A stretch of 64,000 nt of DNA from Takakia lepidozioides (GCA_030704615.1 CM060734.1:15438001-15502000), one strand, 5' to 3'; shown: positions 23,421 to 37,149, counted from the stretch's first letter. Made by a program: numbers and translations. Notes: generated by a model not told the origin, from the letters alone.

Positions 23421-26074
23421 CCCAGCTGATCCTAACCCATTTGTGCCACTTCTGCTTGCAAAAGCCTTTGCAAGCCCAAAATTTGGGGTACACTCCAAAT
23501 TTAGAGTGGAAAAATGGTTTGACCAGGAAATTGGATCGACAAAGTATTTTTTCCTCGCAAGACCCCTTCCAGATTCCAATTATGTGGCACCTAAAGCATG
23601 TTGCCCCAAAAATTCAAAGCAGAATTCTAAAATCTTGATAAGGTTGCTTTGTATCGAAAAAACAGGGGGGTCAAAAATACACCATGAAGCTCAAATGACA
23701 TGTATTTCAGGCTTAGGGGGTCGAAATTTCCTTGGAATCACAACTGCTGCAGTGAAAGTGTTCCTTGAATGATGAACTACTACCTCCAAAAAGAAATTCA
23801 GAATTCTAACAAAATTTCAGGCAGAGAGATTTGAATTTGTTTCCATTTTTACTTTTGCCTTGTTGTCACCCCTTCAGCCTGCCACGTCACTAAGTCAAAC
23901 CTGCTGGTCGACCAATTTTGGGCACCCTTACACACTAAAAAAATTACTGACGGCAGGGCTTTCATTATTTTAGGGTGCCATAAAGACGGGCAGGTGCATG
24001 ACATCAGGTGCACAACTTTGTTCAAAAAGTTTTTCATCCAAGGTCATCCAACGATTTGCCATCGTGGATGATTTTTGACGTGACCCTAACGCGACCCGAA
24101 ATGGGTCGCCTCGTCCATTAGGGGTTAAAGACAGTGGTTACGATCACTTGCCTCCGAGTCCAGCTGTTCGCTTACATGTAATAGTGGTAAACTAACCACG
24201 TATGACGTGTCACAGTGGTAAGCCAAGTCACGTCTGACGTGTCACAGTGGTAAACTAACATAGACCACTTCCACGATGCGACGTGACGTAGCAACTCCGT
24301 CGATCAGACTTAGCAATGGACGGACACGTGTTCGTATCCATATGGACACGTGGCCGAATCCAGTTAGACGATTATGGGCTCCATTATCTGGACACGTGGA
24401 ATTTGCAAAATGAGCACGTGCCCTATTTTAGGATGTGCTGAAAAATGCAATGACTTCACAAACAACTCTGTGAGTGAGACTTAAATGACTCTAATAGTCA
24501 TGATTCGAGAATAAACAATGTATATTATCACTGAATGTGTGGTTCTAATAGTATTGAGGTGTGGTAAAACCACTTGCTGAGTGGTTCTACTAGTATCAAT
24601 GTATGGTTGGTTGTGTGTGCTAAAACCACTGACGAAGTTGTTCTACCAGTATTGATGTAATGATTAGGTTGTGTGCTAAAACCACTGACTAAGTCATCCA
24701 GTGTGTCCCACCAAGTAGGAACCAGTTTTTGAATATTTACCAGAGTGGTATGTAAGTGATTGGGGCTACATTTGGAGGAGTACAACCACTCTTGCATACT
24801 GTCACAGTCTTAAATATACCACTGACAGAGTGGTGTGTAGTGATTCATACATTCCCATATAATTCTCCTACAATTCCCATACATTCGAAGTGAATCTGCA
24901 AATCCAAATACTCTTGAAGATTCACCATTCAAAAAACAGAATAGAATCCAAGACAATAAGTGTTGGAACAGAGTCAACAAAATCCAGCCATGATAAAGGG
25001 TGACATACTATATCTACACTACGTCTCCGCAGGCATGCTAAAAGCCATGGACTACTTTCTGCCTTTTGGTTAGTGATAGACCATCTACTTTCTTCATGAC
25101 GCGAAAGAGCTTGTGCAGCTGTCCTCTCATATTCTGTCAACTCACTTTGCTTTTGTCCCCTCATATACTGGCAACTCACTTTGCTTTTGCCCGGGGGGCA
25201 CTATTGTTTTGTTTAACTAGCTCATCATTGGAAGCCCCCTTATGCTTGGGCCACCACTGGTTTTGCTGAAGAAGCTGGAAGTAGAGTTCATTTAAGCTCT
25301 CTTTTAATTCAGAGTAGCCTTGAGCGCAAGGAGGCATATCTGTATCCTGCTTATTTTATTCAGCTGAGGAGGGGTAATGTCTGTATATGCAGTTTACAAG
25401 AGGGACCAAAAGATTTGTTGTGAACAAATGTTAAGGGAAAACAGTTAGTAGGAGAATATCAAACAGCAATTTGAACGAGAATGGAGGGGGTGTTCATGTT
25501 GGCTCATTACATCCAATTGAAGAATGTCCTCTTAACCCAGCTCAAGCAGAATTATAGTGGATCTGTTTGAAAGAGAACACATCCAGCCATTCACCTCAGG
25601 AAAACCATGCTCAAGGTTTGGACACTGTGAATGCGGTCCCAATATGGATGTGGCTTGATTTTATTGCAAGCAGGTGAGCTGACAGGTACGGCCCGCGAGG
25701 TACAGCCGGAACCCGCACCGGCAGCCTTGTCGGCGAGCTGGACGCCCCATGTCAAATCGTCCCCACCCCCCCGCGACCTCGCCCGCCTGCCCGCTGCTCC
25801 CTGGCCCCCCTCACCCCCCCACGCCCGCCCACCAGCCCCGCCCGGGACCCCTGGCGCCCACCGCTGGCCACGTGGCGCCCCATACCACCGCCCGATCTCC
25901 AGCCACGTGGCGGCGCCCCGTTGTGGATCCCCTCATTGGGTTGATCCCCGTCCAGTGCCGGAGTGATCCCCACCCCCATCTCCAGCCACATGGCGCTTCC
26001 CCGAACCGTCGATCCCCTCCCCATCCATCCAACCTCATTAAATGGATGATGTGGGTCATCCGCCACTCACCCCC

Positions 26075-26109
<35 letters not shown>

Positions 26110-26387
26110 ACCCCCCTCACGAGCAGGGATGATGACGTCCGGTTGAAGGCCTATGACGCGTCCTTCGCCACGTGCACGATCCCCCCATATGTCGCCGCTC
26201 CCCGACGGGGTTGATCCCCCCTCTAGACCGGGAGTGATCCCCCAACCCTAGTCGCTCGCCACGTGCTGTCCCCCGAACCGTCGATCCCCTGCGCATCCAT
26301 CCAACCTCACAAACAATGTGGTCATCGCCCCTCATCCCCCGCCATCCCCCCGTGCAGGGGATGGATGACGGCGGATGAAGGGGCGAT

Positions 26388-27150
26388 CACTACAGGAAAA
26401 GGGGGGGGTTAGTGACATCGCGGCAACGGCGCAGCCACGCCGCGGCGTCACTAAACGCCGCTTTTGAGGCAGGGGCGCATGCGCCTTTGCGACGCCTGGG
26501 CGTGGCACGACCGTCCCCGGGGCGTCACTAATCGGACGTCACATAAATGCGACGGATGGGGGTTGCAAGCCGCTACCCCCCTCCAGTGACGCCCCGCCGT
26601 CGCTTCTTGGCCATCCAGGGCGCTGGGGGGGGGCCTCCTTCTAGCCACGCCCGGCCGTCACAACCATCCGGCGACGGCATTGGTTAGGGCGACGGCTCGG
26701 CGTGGCAACCAATTTTTTCTTCCATGCCCGGACTAAAAAAAACACCACGTGGCGGAGGGGGGGTTAGGCTCAGCCACCCAGTGGCGTCGCTGCCAGACAC
26801 GCCACGGCGTCGCATGGGGAGACCTCGCTACCACCAATGCAGTCCCCCAGTGCGACGCCAGGGCGTGGTACTTGCGATGCCCGGGGGTGGCTGGGTGTCT
26901 TTTTTACAAAAAACAAATAGGTGGGGGAGGCCTTGTGTGGGGCTCAGGGACGCCGAGGCGGCAGCTAGCCACCCCTGAACGTCGCACAGAAGAAAAACCC
27001 GTCGCACGGGGGGGGGTCCGGCTTTGCCACTGCGTTACTGATAGCCACGCTCGGCCGTGGCTAGTTGCGACCCCCATCCATGGCAAGCCTAAAAAACCCG
27101 TCGCAAGGGCGCTGGCCCAAGCGACGCCCTAGGGTGGCAATGCGGGTGGG
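26388..27150 (+). mobile_element. CACTA (EnSpm) transposon terminus with subterminal repeats
   Basis: CACTACAGGAAAA at 26388 followed by ~700 bp dense in GTCGC/GCGAC/GTGGC motifs in both orientations; partner TIR not found. Confidence 0.85.
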
Positions 27151-27459
27151 TGGTGGTGGTGGTGTTGGGGGGGGGGGGGGGGGGGTCATTTTGGGGGGTG
27201 AATTGGGGTGATTTAGGGTTTTCCCTGGTTTCTTCTGGGTGTTGGAAGACATTAGAGCTTCCATTGCTCTGATTTAACAGGTACTCAATTTTGCTTATTG
27301 CATTGGTTCAAGCAAGCATGAATCGAGGGTGAGGCCGGTGCGACACATGAAAAAGATGGAAGATGGAAATATATGTACAAATGGAAATATATTTACAAGC
27401 AATGAGCTGAATTCTTTGCTCACAAGGGTTCAGTAGACTAACCCTGGGACCTACACGGA

Positions 27460-29661
27460 CTATGACTACTCATCCTCATCCTCATCCTCATCGTCAGAGG
27501 AGGAGTCATAGCTATCCGATGAGCCTGATGACTCCGCGCCCTTCACCTAAGCACGTAAACTAGGCGGCGTTCCCTAACTCCACAGAGAGCTCTCATCCAA
27601 TCCTTGGCCATGAACCCCCCCCCCCCCCCCCTCAGCCATACTAGTGCCCTGTAGTGCACTCATCCCCTCCGTCTTGGCCATGTTGGTCATGAGGGATTGC
27701 CAACCATGCTCCTTGGCGTAGTCGTACTCTACCGGAGATGGCAACCTCTCAAACGTGGTTTCCTACACATGCCACAAATTAAAGTCAGTTTCTCACGATG
27801 ATGGAGCCAGACATAACAAAATACATAGGGAAGTATGACTTGCAAATCGGAGGATATAATCCCTCGATCCGTCGGGGCCCCACCTGTGTGTGGATTCGTG
27901 CTTCTCAAGGCGGATTGTTGTTGCTTCGCGTGCCCTCTGAAACTTATCCTTGTTTGCTGCATCATTCTCTCCCGCAATGAGCGCATCCCACGATACCTAT
28001 GCCCCCCCCCCCCCCCCCCACAATTAGTGAATTACGCACATACGTTGCATCGAATCCACCTCATTAATGCACATGCAACAAATGGAAGGTGAAATGATTC
28101 AAGGATTTGCCAACCTGTGAAATTCCAAAATGTGGTTTGGGTGTGACCCCCTTTTCCATTGCCCTCCAAATCCTTTGTCTGGCACGGTACCTCTTGTTCT
28201 TCAAGTTCTGCCCCACTATCTCCATCACCCTTGTCTCACTCCAATTGCCCAGAAACCGGCGGTCTAACTCACGGGCATACTTGCGCTCTTGGCCATAGTG
28301 CTGATCACCCCACTCGATGTGCCAAGGGAACCACGCCGCTGCGAGTTCGAAGGTTGGCCCCTTCATAGCCGCCCAAAACGCACCGCACGGGTCACCATGC
28401 TTATTGACCTCCACCGGTGGCACAATGATCTTTGCCAAGGCCACCTCCTTTATCCCCCGGGATTTCTTCTTCTTCTTCTTACCCTCTCCCTTCTTTGCAA
28501 GCTCTTTCCCCACCTCCTTTGTTACCCCACTGCCCTCCCCCGCACGCACACCCACCCCGTCGTCTCCATGGGACTTCTTCCTCTTCTTCTTTTCCTTCCC
28601 CTTCTCCACGACTACCTCCTTCCCCTTCCCTGCTACTTCCTCTCTCTCCTTCTCCCTCTCCCTCCTCTCTCTCTCCTCGGCAGCCCCTTCATTGATGGTA
28701 AAAGGGACCTCGAGAGGTCAAGGCCTCTTTTTCTTACCTTTGGTGTTCGGGTCCTTCATCAACACCATGTGCTATGCCTCATTGGCAACCCCACGGGAGT
28801 GCACCCAACCAGCCAAGAATGTCTCTGCCTCCTGAAGACGAATATCCCCCCCAAATTCAAAAAAAGAAACAAACAAGAAAGAAATACATGCATGCAAAGG
28901 AAATGACAAAACATGGAATGGGCAAGGTGCGAGGGTTGTACCTTTGCAAGCTGGCCAACTCGGCCCCGGTGTCACCCAATGTGGCAGGAGTCCCCGCTGC
29001 CGGAAGTCCCCGCGCTATCCTCTCCCGGAGCGCCGCTGGAAGTAGGTTCCAGATGTCGACCATAGCCGGCGGCGGCGCCCCGTAGTCCAGGCCCTTCTTT
29101 GTTGACTGCTCAGGCTGAGGGGGCGGCATCGCTGATCGGCATCGCTGATCGGCTAGGCCGCTCCAAACCGGCCCGTAGCTCCTCCTCCCCCCCCCCGAAT
29201 GCGTAGCAGGGTAGAAGCCCTCACCCGGCTTGACTAATTTGAGGTGCTTCGCTATCTCGGCCTCCTCATTGGCCCTCCTCGTCAACTCCTCCCTCATGAT
29301 CAACATTGGGCTAGGAACCACCAGTTCCCGAGCCCTTCAACCTGACCTTGGGCCTTGGCAAGTGCGGCCTTCGTTGCGGAGGAAGGGGTCTGTATAGGGG
29401 TGACATCCAAAAGTTGCCCAAACGGGTGATGCGCTTGCCAAGGTACATCTCACCCGTCTTGGTGGCTGGGGTGTACTCAACTGAGCATCCGGCCCAGCAA
29501 CAACCTCCCGAATAGGAGAGGTGGCTGAGCCGGCCCCTGGCGAATCCAAGACGGGGACAAGAGGGGGGGGGGGGGGGGGGGCTGGCCTCAGGGGGCAGAG
29601 GAGCCCTCCGACTGCGGCTGTCGACAGGGCTGGTTAACCGTGAGACGCCAGCCTGCGTCAC
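27460..29661 (-). pseudogene. CACTA ORF2 (TnpA/Ptta-like), spliced, degenerate
   Basis: Lys-rich tract, then WFPWHIEW...LDRRFLGNWSETRVMEIVGQNLKNKRYRAR, an HRWGPDG motif and acidic tail; lies inside the CACTA terminus. Confidence 0.55.
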
Positions 29662-29929
29662 ACGTGCCGGCAGAGCAAACGGTTCTCCGCCCCTTTCTTT
29701 GGGGCAAGGGACTTCTTCTCTTTCCCCATAAGCCTAGCACCCGTCATGCAAACCCAAAAGTTGGCCTCACTAGGAAACAATCTCTACATTCCAGATCAAA
29801 AAAAAAAAACAAAGCATGTGGGGGGCTGAGAGCAGCAAGTGCTGCTGCTCTCAGCTCCGCCCCACCAGAGAGGGTGCAAGAAAAATAAAAATAAAAATGG
29901 GGGGGGGGGGGGGGGGGAATGACTGAGCA

Positions 29930-32512
29930 GCAGCAGCTGCTCAGTCACTCCCCCCCCCCCCCCCCACCTTTTTTGTTTTTGATTGCTCGCCTCGTCCTCT
30001 CTCTCCCTCTCTCTCCCTCACTCCCTCTCCCTCTATAACTCTTTGGATTTCATCTGGCCTTAACCTTTTGAGGTTATTTAGTTTTTCATCCAACCTTTTT
30101 CATCCAAATCTGGATGATATTATTATAGGATGATGAAACTTAATGTACATAAAGCTTGGTTTACCATCTATTTCTTTCATCTAAACTGGAGGAACTACAT
30201 GAATAATGGTTACCTATTTTAAAATCCAAGAGATAATAAAACTACCATCATAAATGATGGCAGTTATTAAACCTAAGCCTATACCATAACCCTAAAAGAT
30301 ACCTTTTTATTGGATGTCATCCATTGACAATGTGCTTCTCTTGATAAAATGTGATTTTTCATCCACCCTGGATGAGAAATCGGGAAGTTATGCCATAAGC
30401 ACGTCGACACATTTCACAGCACTGAACTCGTGCTTCAGTGAACCTTGATGATGCGCCGCGTAAACCTGCTCCCCTGCTGCTACATGATACTCGTGATGGC
30501 TGGCTCTTGGGATGCGCATTGGCGGTTAGGCAGATTCATCTCTGGCAGACGACAAAGCGATGATCGCTTTGCTCAGAAACTCATGGTTCTTTATTTTGCA
30601 GCGGCGCTTTTACTCCTCGTTGGGAAGTACTCTATCCCTATTTATATACAGACTACATGTTGCTCTCTTCTTGTATGAGCCATTCTCTATCTGTGAACGC
30701 TTCTACTTTGATTGCGTTCTGTTGGAGATGATCTGTTGGACGCCATGGCGCAGGGCATACCACAAACACTCAAGTTTTTTTGAGTTTACCCTTGCTTGAA
30801 TTGTGATTTGTACATGCTTTAGAATTCAACACTGACATGGATAGCAACTGTGAAGACCTGCCACTCACCTGCTGCATCCTCACTAACACACATCGCTATG
30901 TGGTGGTTTTGGGACGGGCACAGGTGAGGGTCTTCACTTGTCTTGATTTCTTGAAGCTTGCAGCTCCTAGTCTTGCAAATGTGGATACTGCTGCTGCCTA
31001 AGCTGCTGATGCCATTTGCTGCTTCAAACTGCCACCATGCCGCTTCAGACCTGCTCCAAGATGGCTCCAATGAGGATCTGCTTCTCTCCTTACCCCTGTT
31101 TCTGGTTTTTTACAACCACATTTGCATGTGTAGGAGTTAAGCTATGAAGGGTACAAGGGTACAAAATAGCAGTTATTACTCTGACTGCTTTGATACTTGG
31201 CTCTGAAATGAAACTTCTTGGTATGACTTTGATGGATCAAAAGGATAAGCTTTGATAGATAACACACATTCTTCAAGGCCCTCATATCATTTTGGTTTCA
31301 TGGCTTGATAACAAACAAGGGTTTCTGAGCTGCTCTTTCACCTTGGCAGAGCTATTTTATGAGGCCTTAAAATACCATTCCAAGCCTATACCTGCTTAAG
31401 GGGGCTCAACCTGTTGTTTCTTCTTCCTTTTTAAGAATCTTGCTTGTATCTTGGTTCTGAAACATCAACTTCAAACCAGTATTGTTTCTCAGGGAAGTGA
31501 AATGCTCAAGACCTGGATTTTGTTTGCCTTGGCCCGCTAAAGACTCTCAATTTAAAGGCCTGGCTGCAGGCAGGGTTCTTCTGAGTTTCTTTGTTAACTC
31601 AGATCTTTGGAGGTTCTAGAATACCACTCAAGACCTAGATCTGTTTTGGAACACTCAACCTTGCATAGGTTTCTTGTTTACTGCTTGTGGTTTGGCATTG
31701 ATACATCACCAAACTAGCTTTGGAATGAAACCTCTCAGCTTGACTCTGTTGTGTCAAACAGGTACGCCTTGTTTAGGGAACACACACACTCATTATGGCT
31801 CTCATAGCAGTCTGAATTTGAGGGCTGATAGCAGGCAAATTTGGGATAATTTGCCTTGCTTTTGTTCTATGATTCCTGCTTGTGACACGACACTGAAACG
31901 TCACCTTCAGGCCAGCAATAGCCTCTAGGGATAAGACTTGTTCAAAACCTGGATGTTGGCATGCAGCCTCATGATATATACCATGTCTTGAACCATGCCA
32001 ATAGGGCAAGAGGAAACATGATGTAAACCAGCAAATGCTTAAGGCATATTTGTTTGAATGTTCAAACTCAACTTGAATTGTTTTTGAGCATGAGTCTTGG
32101 GGAATGTCCCAAGACCTACAATCTGGTTTTCACAACTTATTTTGCTAAGGTGTTGTGTCTATTTGCAAATACTTAAGGCATGTATGGCTGGCTGTTTCAA
32201 CTTGAAGTGCTATGAGCTTGATTCTGGGAAATATCCCCAACCTGCAATCTGGTTTTTGAAATGAGTTTGAAATGAGTTTTTGAAATGATGGTGCAAACTA
32301 TGGTGCTTTCATGATATGATTGACCTGGAATCCCACCCTCCCACCCTGTTTTTTCAGAGACCCTGAAATGTAATGGGGTATTCAAATGAGATTGTAAACA
32401 TGAAAGGGAATGTTAGATGGTGCCCTGTAAAGGGCTGTTTTGTCTTTCAATGACAATGACCTTAGCGGTCTTGTCCATGTCTTGACATGACATGTATATC
32501 TTCCCTCTCTTT
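29930..32512 (+). repeat. Unclassified repeat family, copy 1 (~2.6 kb)
   Basis: Highly similar to 33478-34509 and 37150-38952; CT-rich ends. Confidence 0.85.
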
Positions 32513-33477
32513 ATCTGATCAGTGTACTTAGTGGTTTTTGTACACACCATCTACCATTCTCCTTTCCTGTTTCACCTTCTCATTTTGATGTACTAACAAT
32601 ATTTTTTGAAGGGCCTTGGCAGATAGGCAACAAACACATTCCAAACTGGAATGATGAACTGAAAGCCCTGGGGTATGAATCTCCTTTGGCCAGGTATGAT
32701 CTTCTCCAGCAATAGTATGGTTGATTGATTGGGTATGAAAAGTAAGGCATCCTTGATGATATCTGAAATAAGCATAGAGCAAATAAAGGACTTCTGAATG
32801 CCGATATTATGAGCTAAGCCCTGGTAAGACAGCTTACGGGAGTATGTGTACACCTTATACATGATCCGGTCAATGCACATTACTTTTGTTAGCTAGTCTC
32901 CTGTAGCCGATGCCTTATATCATAATCAGATACCTTATGATTGAGTGACTACCATGTCCTTTGATCAAGTGCTTCTATACTTCTCTCTTAGATATGGTTT
33001 TGCTCCTTGTGGCACCATAAGAAAATACCAACACTCTAATCTGTTGCTAGAAGATGTTTTGTCTATATCACAGGCATGGTACCACAGACCTGAGCTGCTG
33101 CCGTATCTTGACAAGGTTCCTTGAACGAGGTTCCTTCCCTAGCCTGTTCTTCCCTGTGCAAGAACTTATTGAGAAACTGAAAGGTTTTTTCTAAAAACTT
33201 GTACTATCCAGAGCTAAGTATACCACTGAACTCTCTTTCTTTTTCGTGATACTATACCAGTCTTGCTATGATACACTTTATGCCAATGTTTCATTCATGA
33301 CCCGAGGAAGAGAGGATGTAGGATTCTACTCCCTTGGATAATATAATCTAAGGATAGAACTACATGGAAGAGGGGAAACCTTATGAGAAGGGGTCTGGTA
33401 TGCACTCCCTTACGGGGTGAGTGCATACCACACTCACTCCGTAAGGTTCTGCCATGCCAAGGGATTGGCTGGTGGGT

Positions 33478-34509
33478 CCTCTCTCTCCCTCTCTCCCTCT
33501 CCCTCTATAACTCTTTGGATTTCATCTGGCCTTAACCTTTTGAGGTTATTTAGTTTTTCATCCCAACCTTTTTCATCCAAATCTGGATGATATTATTATA
33601 GGATGATGAAACTTAATGTACATAAAGCTTGGTTTACCATCTATTTATTTCATCTAAACTGGAGGAACTACATGAATAATGGTTACCTATTTTAAAATCC
33701 AAGAGATAATAAAACTACCATCATAAATGATGGCAGTTATTAAACCTAAGCCTATACCATAACCCTAAAAGATACCTTTTTATTGGATGTCATCCATTGA
33801 CAATGTGCTTCTCTTGATAAAATGTGATTTTTCATCCACCCTGGATGAGAAATCGGGAAGTTATGCCCTAAGCACGTCGACACATTTCACAGCACTGAAC
33901 TCGTGCTTCAGTGAACCTTGATGATGCGCCGCGTAAACCTGCTCCCCTGCTGTGCTACATGATACTCGTGATGGCTGGCTCTTGGGATGCGCATTGGCGG
34001 TTAGGCAGATTCATCTCTGGCAGACGACAAAGCGATGATCGCTTTGCTCAGAAACTCATGGTTCTTTATTTTGCAGCGGCGCTTTTACTCCTCGTTGGGA
34101 AGTACTCTATCCCTATTTATATACAGATTACATGTTGCTCTCTTCTTGTATGAGCCATTCTCTATCTGTGAACGCTTCTACTTTGATTGCGTTCTGTTGG
34201 AGACGATCTGTTGGACGCCATGGCGCAGGGCATACCACAAACACTCAAGGTTTTTTGAGTTTACCCTTGCTTGAATTGTGATTTGTACATGCTTTAGAAT
34301 TCAACACTGACATGGATAGCAACTGTGAAGACCTGCCACTCACCTGCTGCATCCTCACTAACACACATCGCTATGTGGTGGTTTTTGGGACGGGCACAGG
34401 TGAGGGTCTTCACTTGTCTTGATTTCTTGAAGCTTGCAGCTCCTATTCTTGCAAATGTGGATACTGCTGCTGCCTAAGCTGCTGATGCCATTTGCTGCTT
34501 CAAACTGCC
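33478..34509 (+). repeat. Unclassified repeat family, copy 2 (3'-truncated, nearly identical to copy 1)
   Basis: Direct match to ~29995-31032. Confidence 0.88.
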
Positions 34510-34539
34510 CACAAAAAAACAAAAATCAGAGAGGAGAGA

Positions 34540-36955
34540 GAGGGGTTAGAAGAGATGGAGAGAGATGGAAGATATTCATGTCATGTCAAGACATGGACAA
34601 GACCCACTAGGGTCATTGTCAATTAAAAGACATAAACAGCCCAAAACAGGGGCACCATCTAACATTTCCATTCTTGTCATAGCTTCCCATGAATGACAAC
34701 ACCCAATCATTCATGATAAAAACAGGGTGGGGGGGGGGGGCGGGGTTTGTTCATGTACAGGTCATGAAAACAAGACAAGCATATAAGCAAACATTGTGTT
34801 CGAAAAAAAAAACAGATTGCTGCAGCCTGTCATTACCCTTCTTGGCATCACAATTACAACAAGACATGCATAGAGCAAAACATCTTGGGTATGTGAAACC
34901 AGCCTGCAATATTACAGATTCAAGACATGCCCTTCAAGAAAACATCTTGGGTATGACAAAATAGTTAGTAGCAGCCTACCTTATCATGCATCAAGCAAGG
35001 CATAAGGACCAGCCTGCAATTTTTCAGAATAAAAACATGCTTCCAAGCAATCCTACTTGGGCATGATGAAATATATTCCATACCATTTGTACTCACCCCG
35101 AGACATGTAATCATACAAGGTATCAAGGGAATGTGAATTCAGCCTGTCAAATTGCAACTTCAAGACTTGTACACACAAGCAACTTGAACAACCAAGATCC
35201 AGCCTCTTGGGCACATAAAATACTCAGATTGCAGGTCAGAGCCTGATGTCATGACAAAGCCAAAACTATAGGTAGGATTCCATTACAGCTTACCATCCTC
35301 ATCCTTCAAGAGGTCCATGCTAAAGCTTGCAAAGAACACCTCACTATGATCCATCTCACACCAGAAACAGGCCCAAAAAGGAGCAGGTCGGTGCCTTATC
35401 AAGTTGCCGCCATAACATTCAAGACCACAACGTCCTTAGAGTCCCAAACCCGCCGAGGCAGCCCCCATAAAACCAAATCCTCTATGGCCCAAAGAAATTA
35501 CAACCTAGCTCATTAATCCACAGGCCCTGCTGTCAAGCATCAAAAGATAGGGTATGGTCTGTATGCAGGCCTTAGGAGACAGGCCAGACAGGTCGATCTG
35601 CCCCATCGACGACAGAACAACAAAAGCCAAAACATAGGCTGTAGCATGCTAAAACAGGAGCAGTCGGGTTGAATTCGGGGCTGCAGGCAGCCACCACTTC
35701 AAGGCGCCATAACTTACAGGTCTCCTCAGCCCATATCCCCAACTACATGCTCAAGAAATTTCAAAGTAGGTGAGGATCCTCACCTGGTCCCATCACAAGC
35801 CCCCACAAAATCAACAGATTAGTGAGGATTGTGGAACCCCAGGTGAATCACAGACCCTCATACTTGTCATCGATGTCAACTAAGAAACTCAAAAGCAAGA
35901 TAAGAAGATAAGAACACAAGGATCCCTAAACTCCCAAGCCACCTTAAGCGATTGGGGAAGAGGGTTATGTGCCATCACCACCCGCAGCAAGCTGCCTCCA
36001 CAAAGCACATGAGCAATGAAGCAAAGCAGGCAAACTTGCAAGGCAATATAAGGGAGGGAGAGAGACTTCCCAGCACAAATGCCACTGCTAAAATTAAAAG
36101 CCAAAGGAGGGAAGATGCCACTGCATTCACAGTAGTGTTTCCCGCTGCTAGAGAGACAAGGCGCCGCCTTCGCGCATCCCCAGACGCTCGCCCAGCACGG
36201 GTACGACACCACAAACGGGGCAGCCACCAAAGCACGTCCGCCATAACACTCTCCCCGCGAGTTCAGAAGCACATTGCGTGCTTCTGACAGCAGGAGAGAC
36301 AACATAGGGTTTTTTGGCCCGTTTTTTCATCCGTGGATGAAAAACAGTAAAAAATATCCTTCTACCCTAATGGATTTCATCCGTATCAGAGGTTAAAATA
36401 GGTTTTAGGATAGGGGTTAGGGTTTCACCCCGTAATTAATCATAATTAGGGGTAGTTAAGATCAATTCCAGGCCATAATCATCTGTACTCGTCACCCATA
36501 AACAGATCACTTGTCAGGATGAAAAATAAGGAATATCATCTGTGGCAGCAGTTTACCTCCACCTAGGTAATTCATCATTCCTTATTAGACCACCCGGTAT
36601 GGATAAAAGAGTCAATGAAAGAGGAATGAAAAATTATAATCCTGGTAGCTTTTCAACCGGTATGGATGAACAGGATGTTGTTGGCAACCCTCATAGAGGT
36701 AATTTTTCATTCCTTGGTGACTCATCCGGTATGGATGAGAGTCAATAAAAGAGAATGAATGAAAAAAACCAAAAACCATCCTAACGGTAATTCAGTGTCC
36801 ATCCTGGTGGCTCATCCGGTATGGATGAAAAAGCCGATAGAGGATGGATGAAACTCCGTCAAAACTTCATCCGGTATGGGTGAAAAAACAGGAAATCAAC
36901 ACTGATAACAATCTGCCAATTCCCAGGAGAGAGGGAGACAAAGGGAGAGAGGGGG
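34540..36955 (-). repeat. Diverged relative of the same family in opposite orientation
   Basis: 34560-34740 is the reverse complement of the family tail (TGTCCATGTCTTGACATGACATG...CTTCCCTCTC); GGATGA-rich block at the other end. Confidence 0.65.
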
Positions 36956-37149
36956 CAACCAAGGGAAAAAAAAAAGGTAGCTCAATCACTCCCCCCCAAT
37001 TTTATTTATTTATTTATTTTTCCTGATCTCTCCCTCTCTCTCCCTCTCTCTCCCTATCTTTTGTGTTGCTTAAAAAACAAAACAAACAAGAGAAGGAGAG
37101 AGGGGGCAGAAAACTTAAAAAGAGAGAGGGAGAGGGACAGAGGGAGAGG

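Noticed and set aside
26077-26117. Long poly-C/G runs as functional G-quadruplexes or poly-Pro coding
   Set aside because: Homopolymer lengths are unreliable in this sequence and there is no independent support
27645-27656. Right TIR of the CACTA element (CCTGTAGTG)
   Set aside because: Match is too short, with no subterminal repeats and no GAT TSD, and it lies within ORF2
30445-31140. Coding potential of the unclassified repeat family
   Set aside because: Indels between copies shift the frames and no domain is recognisable
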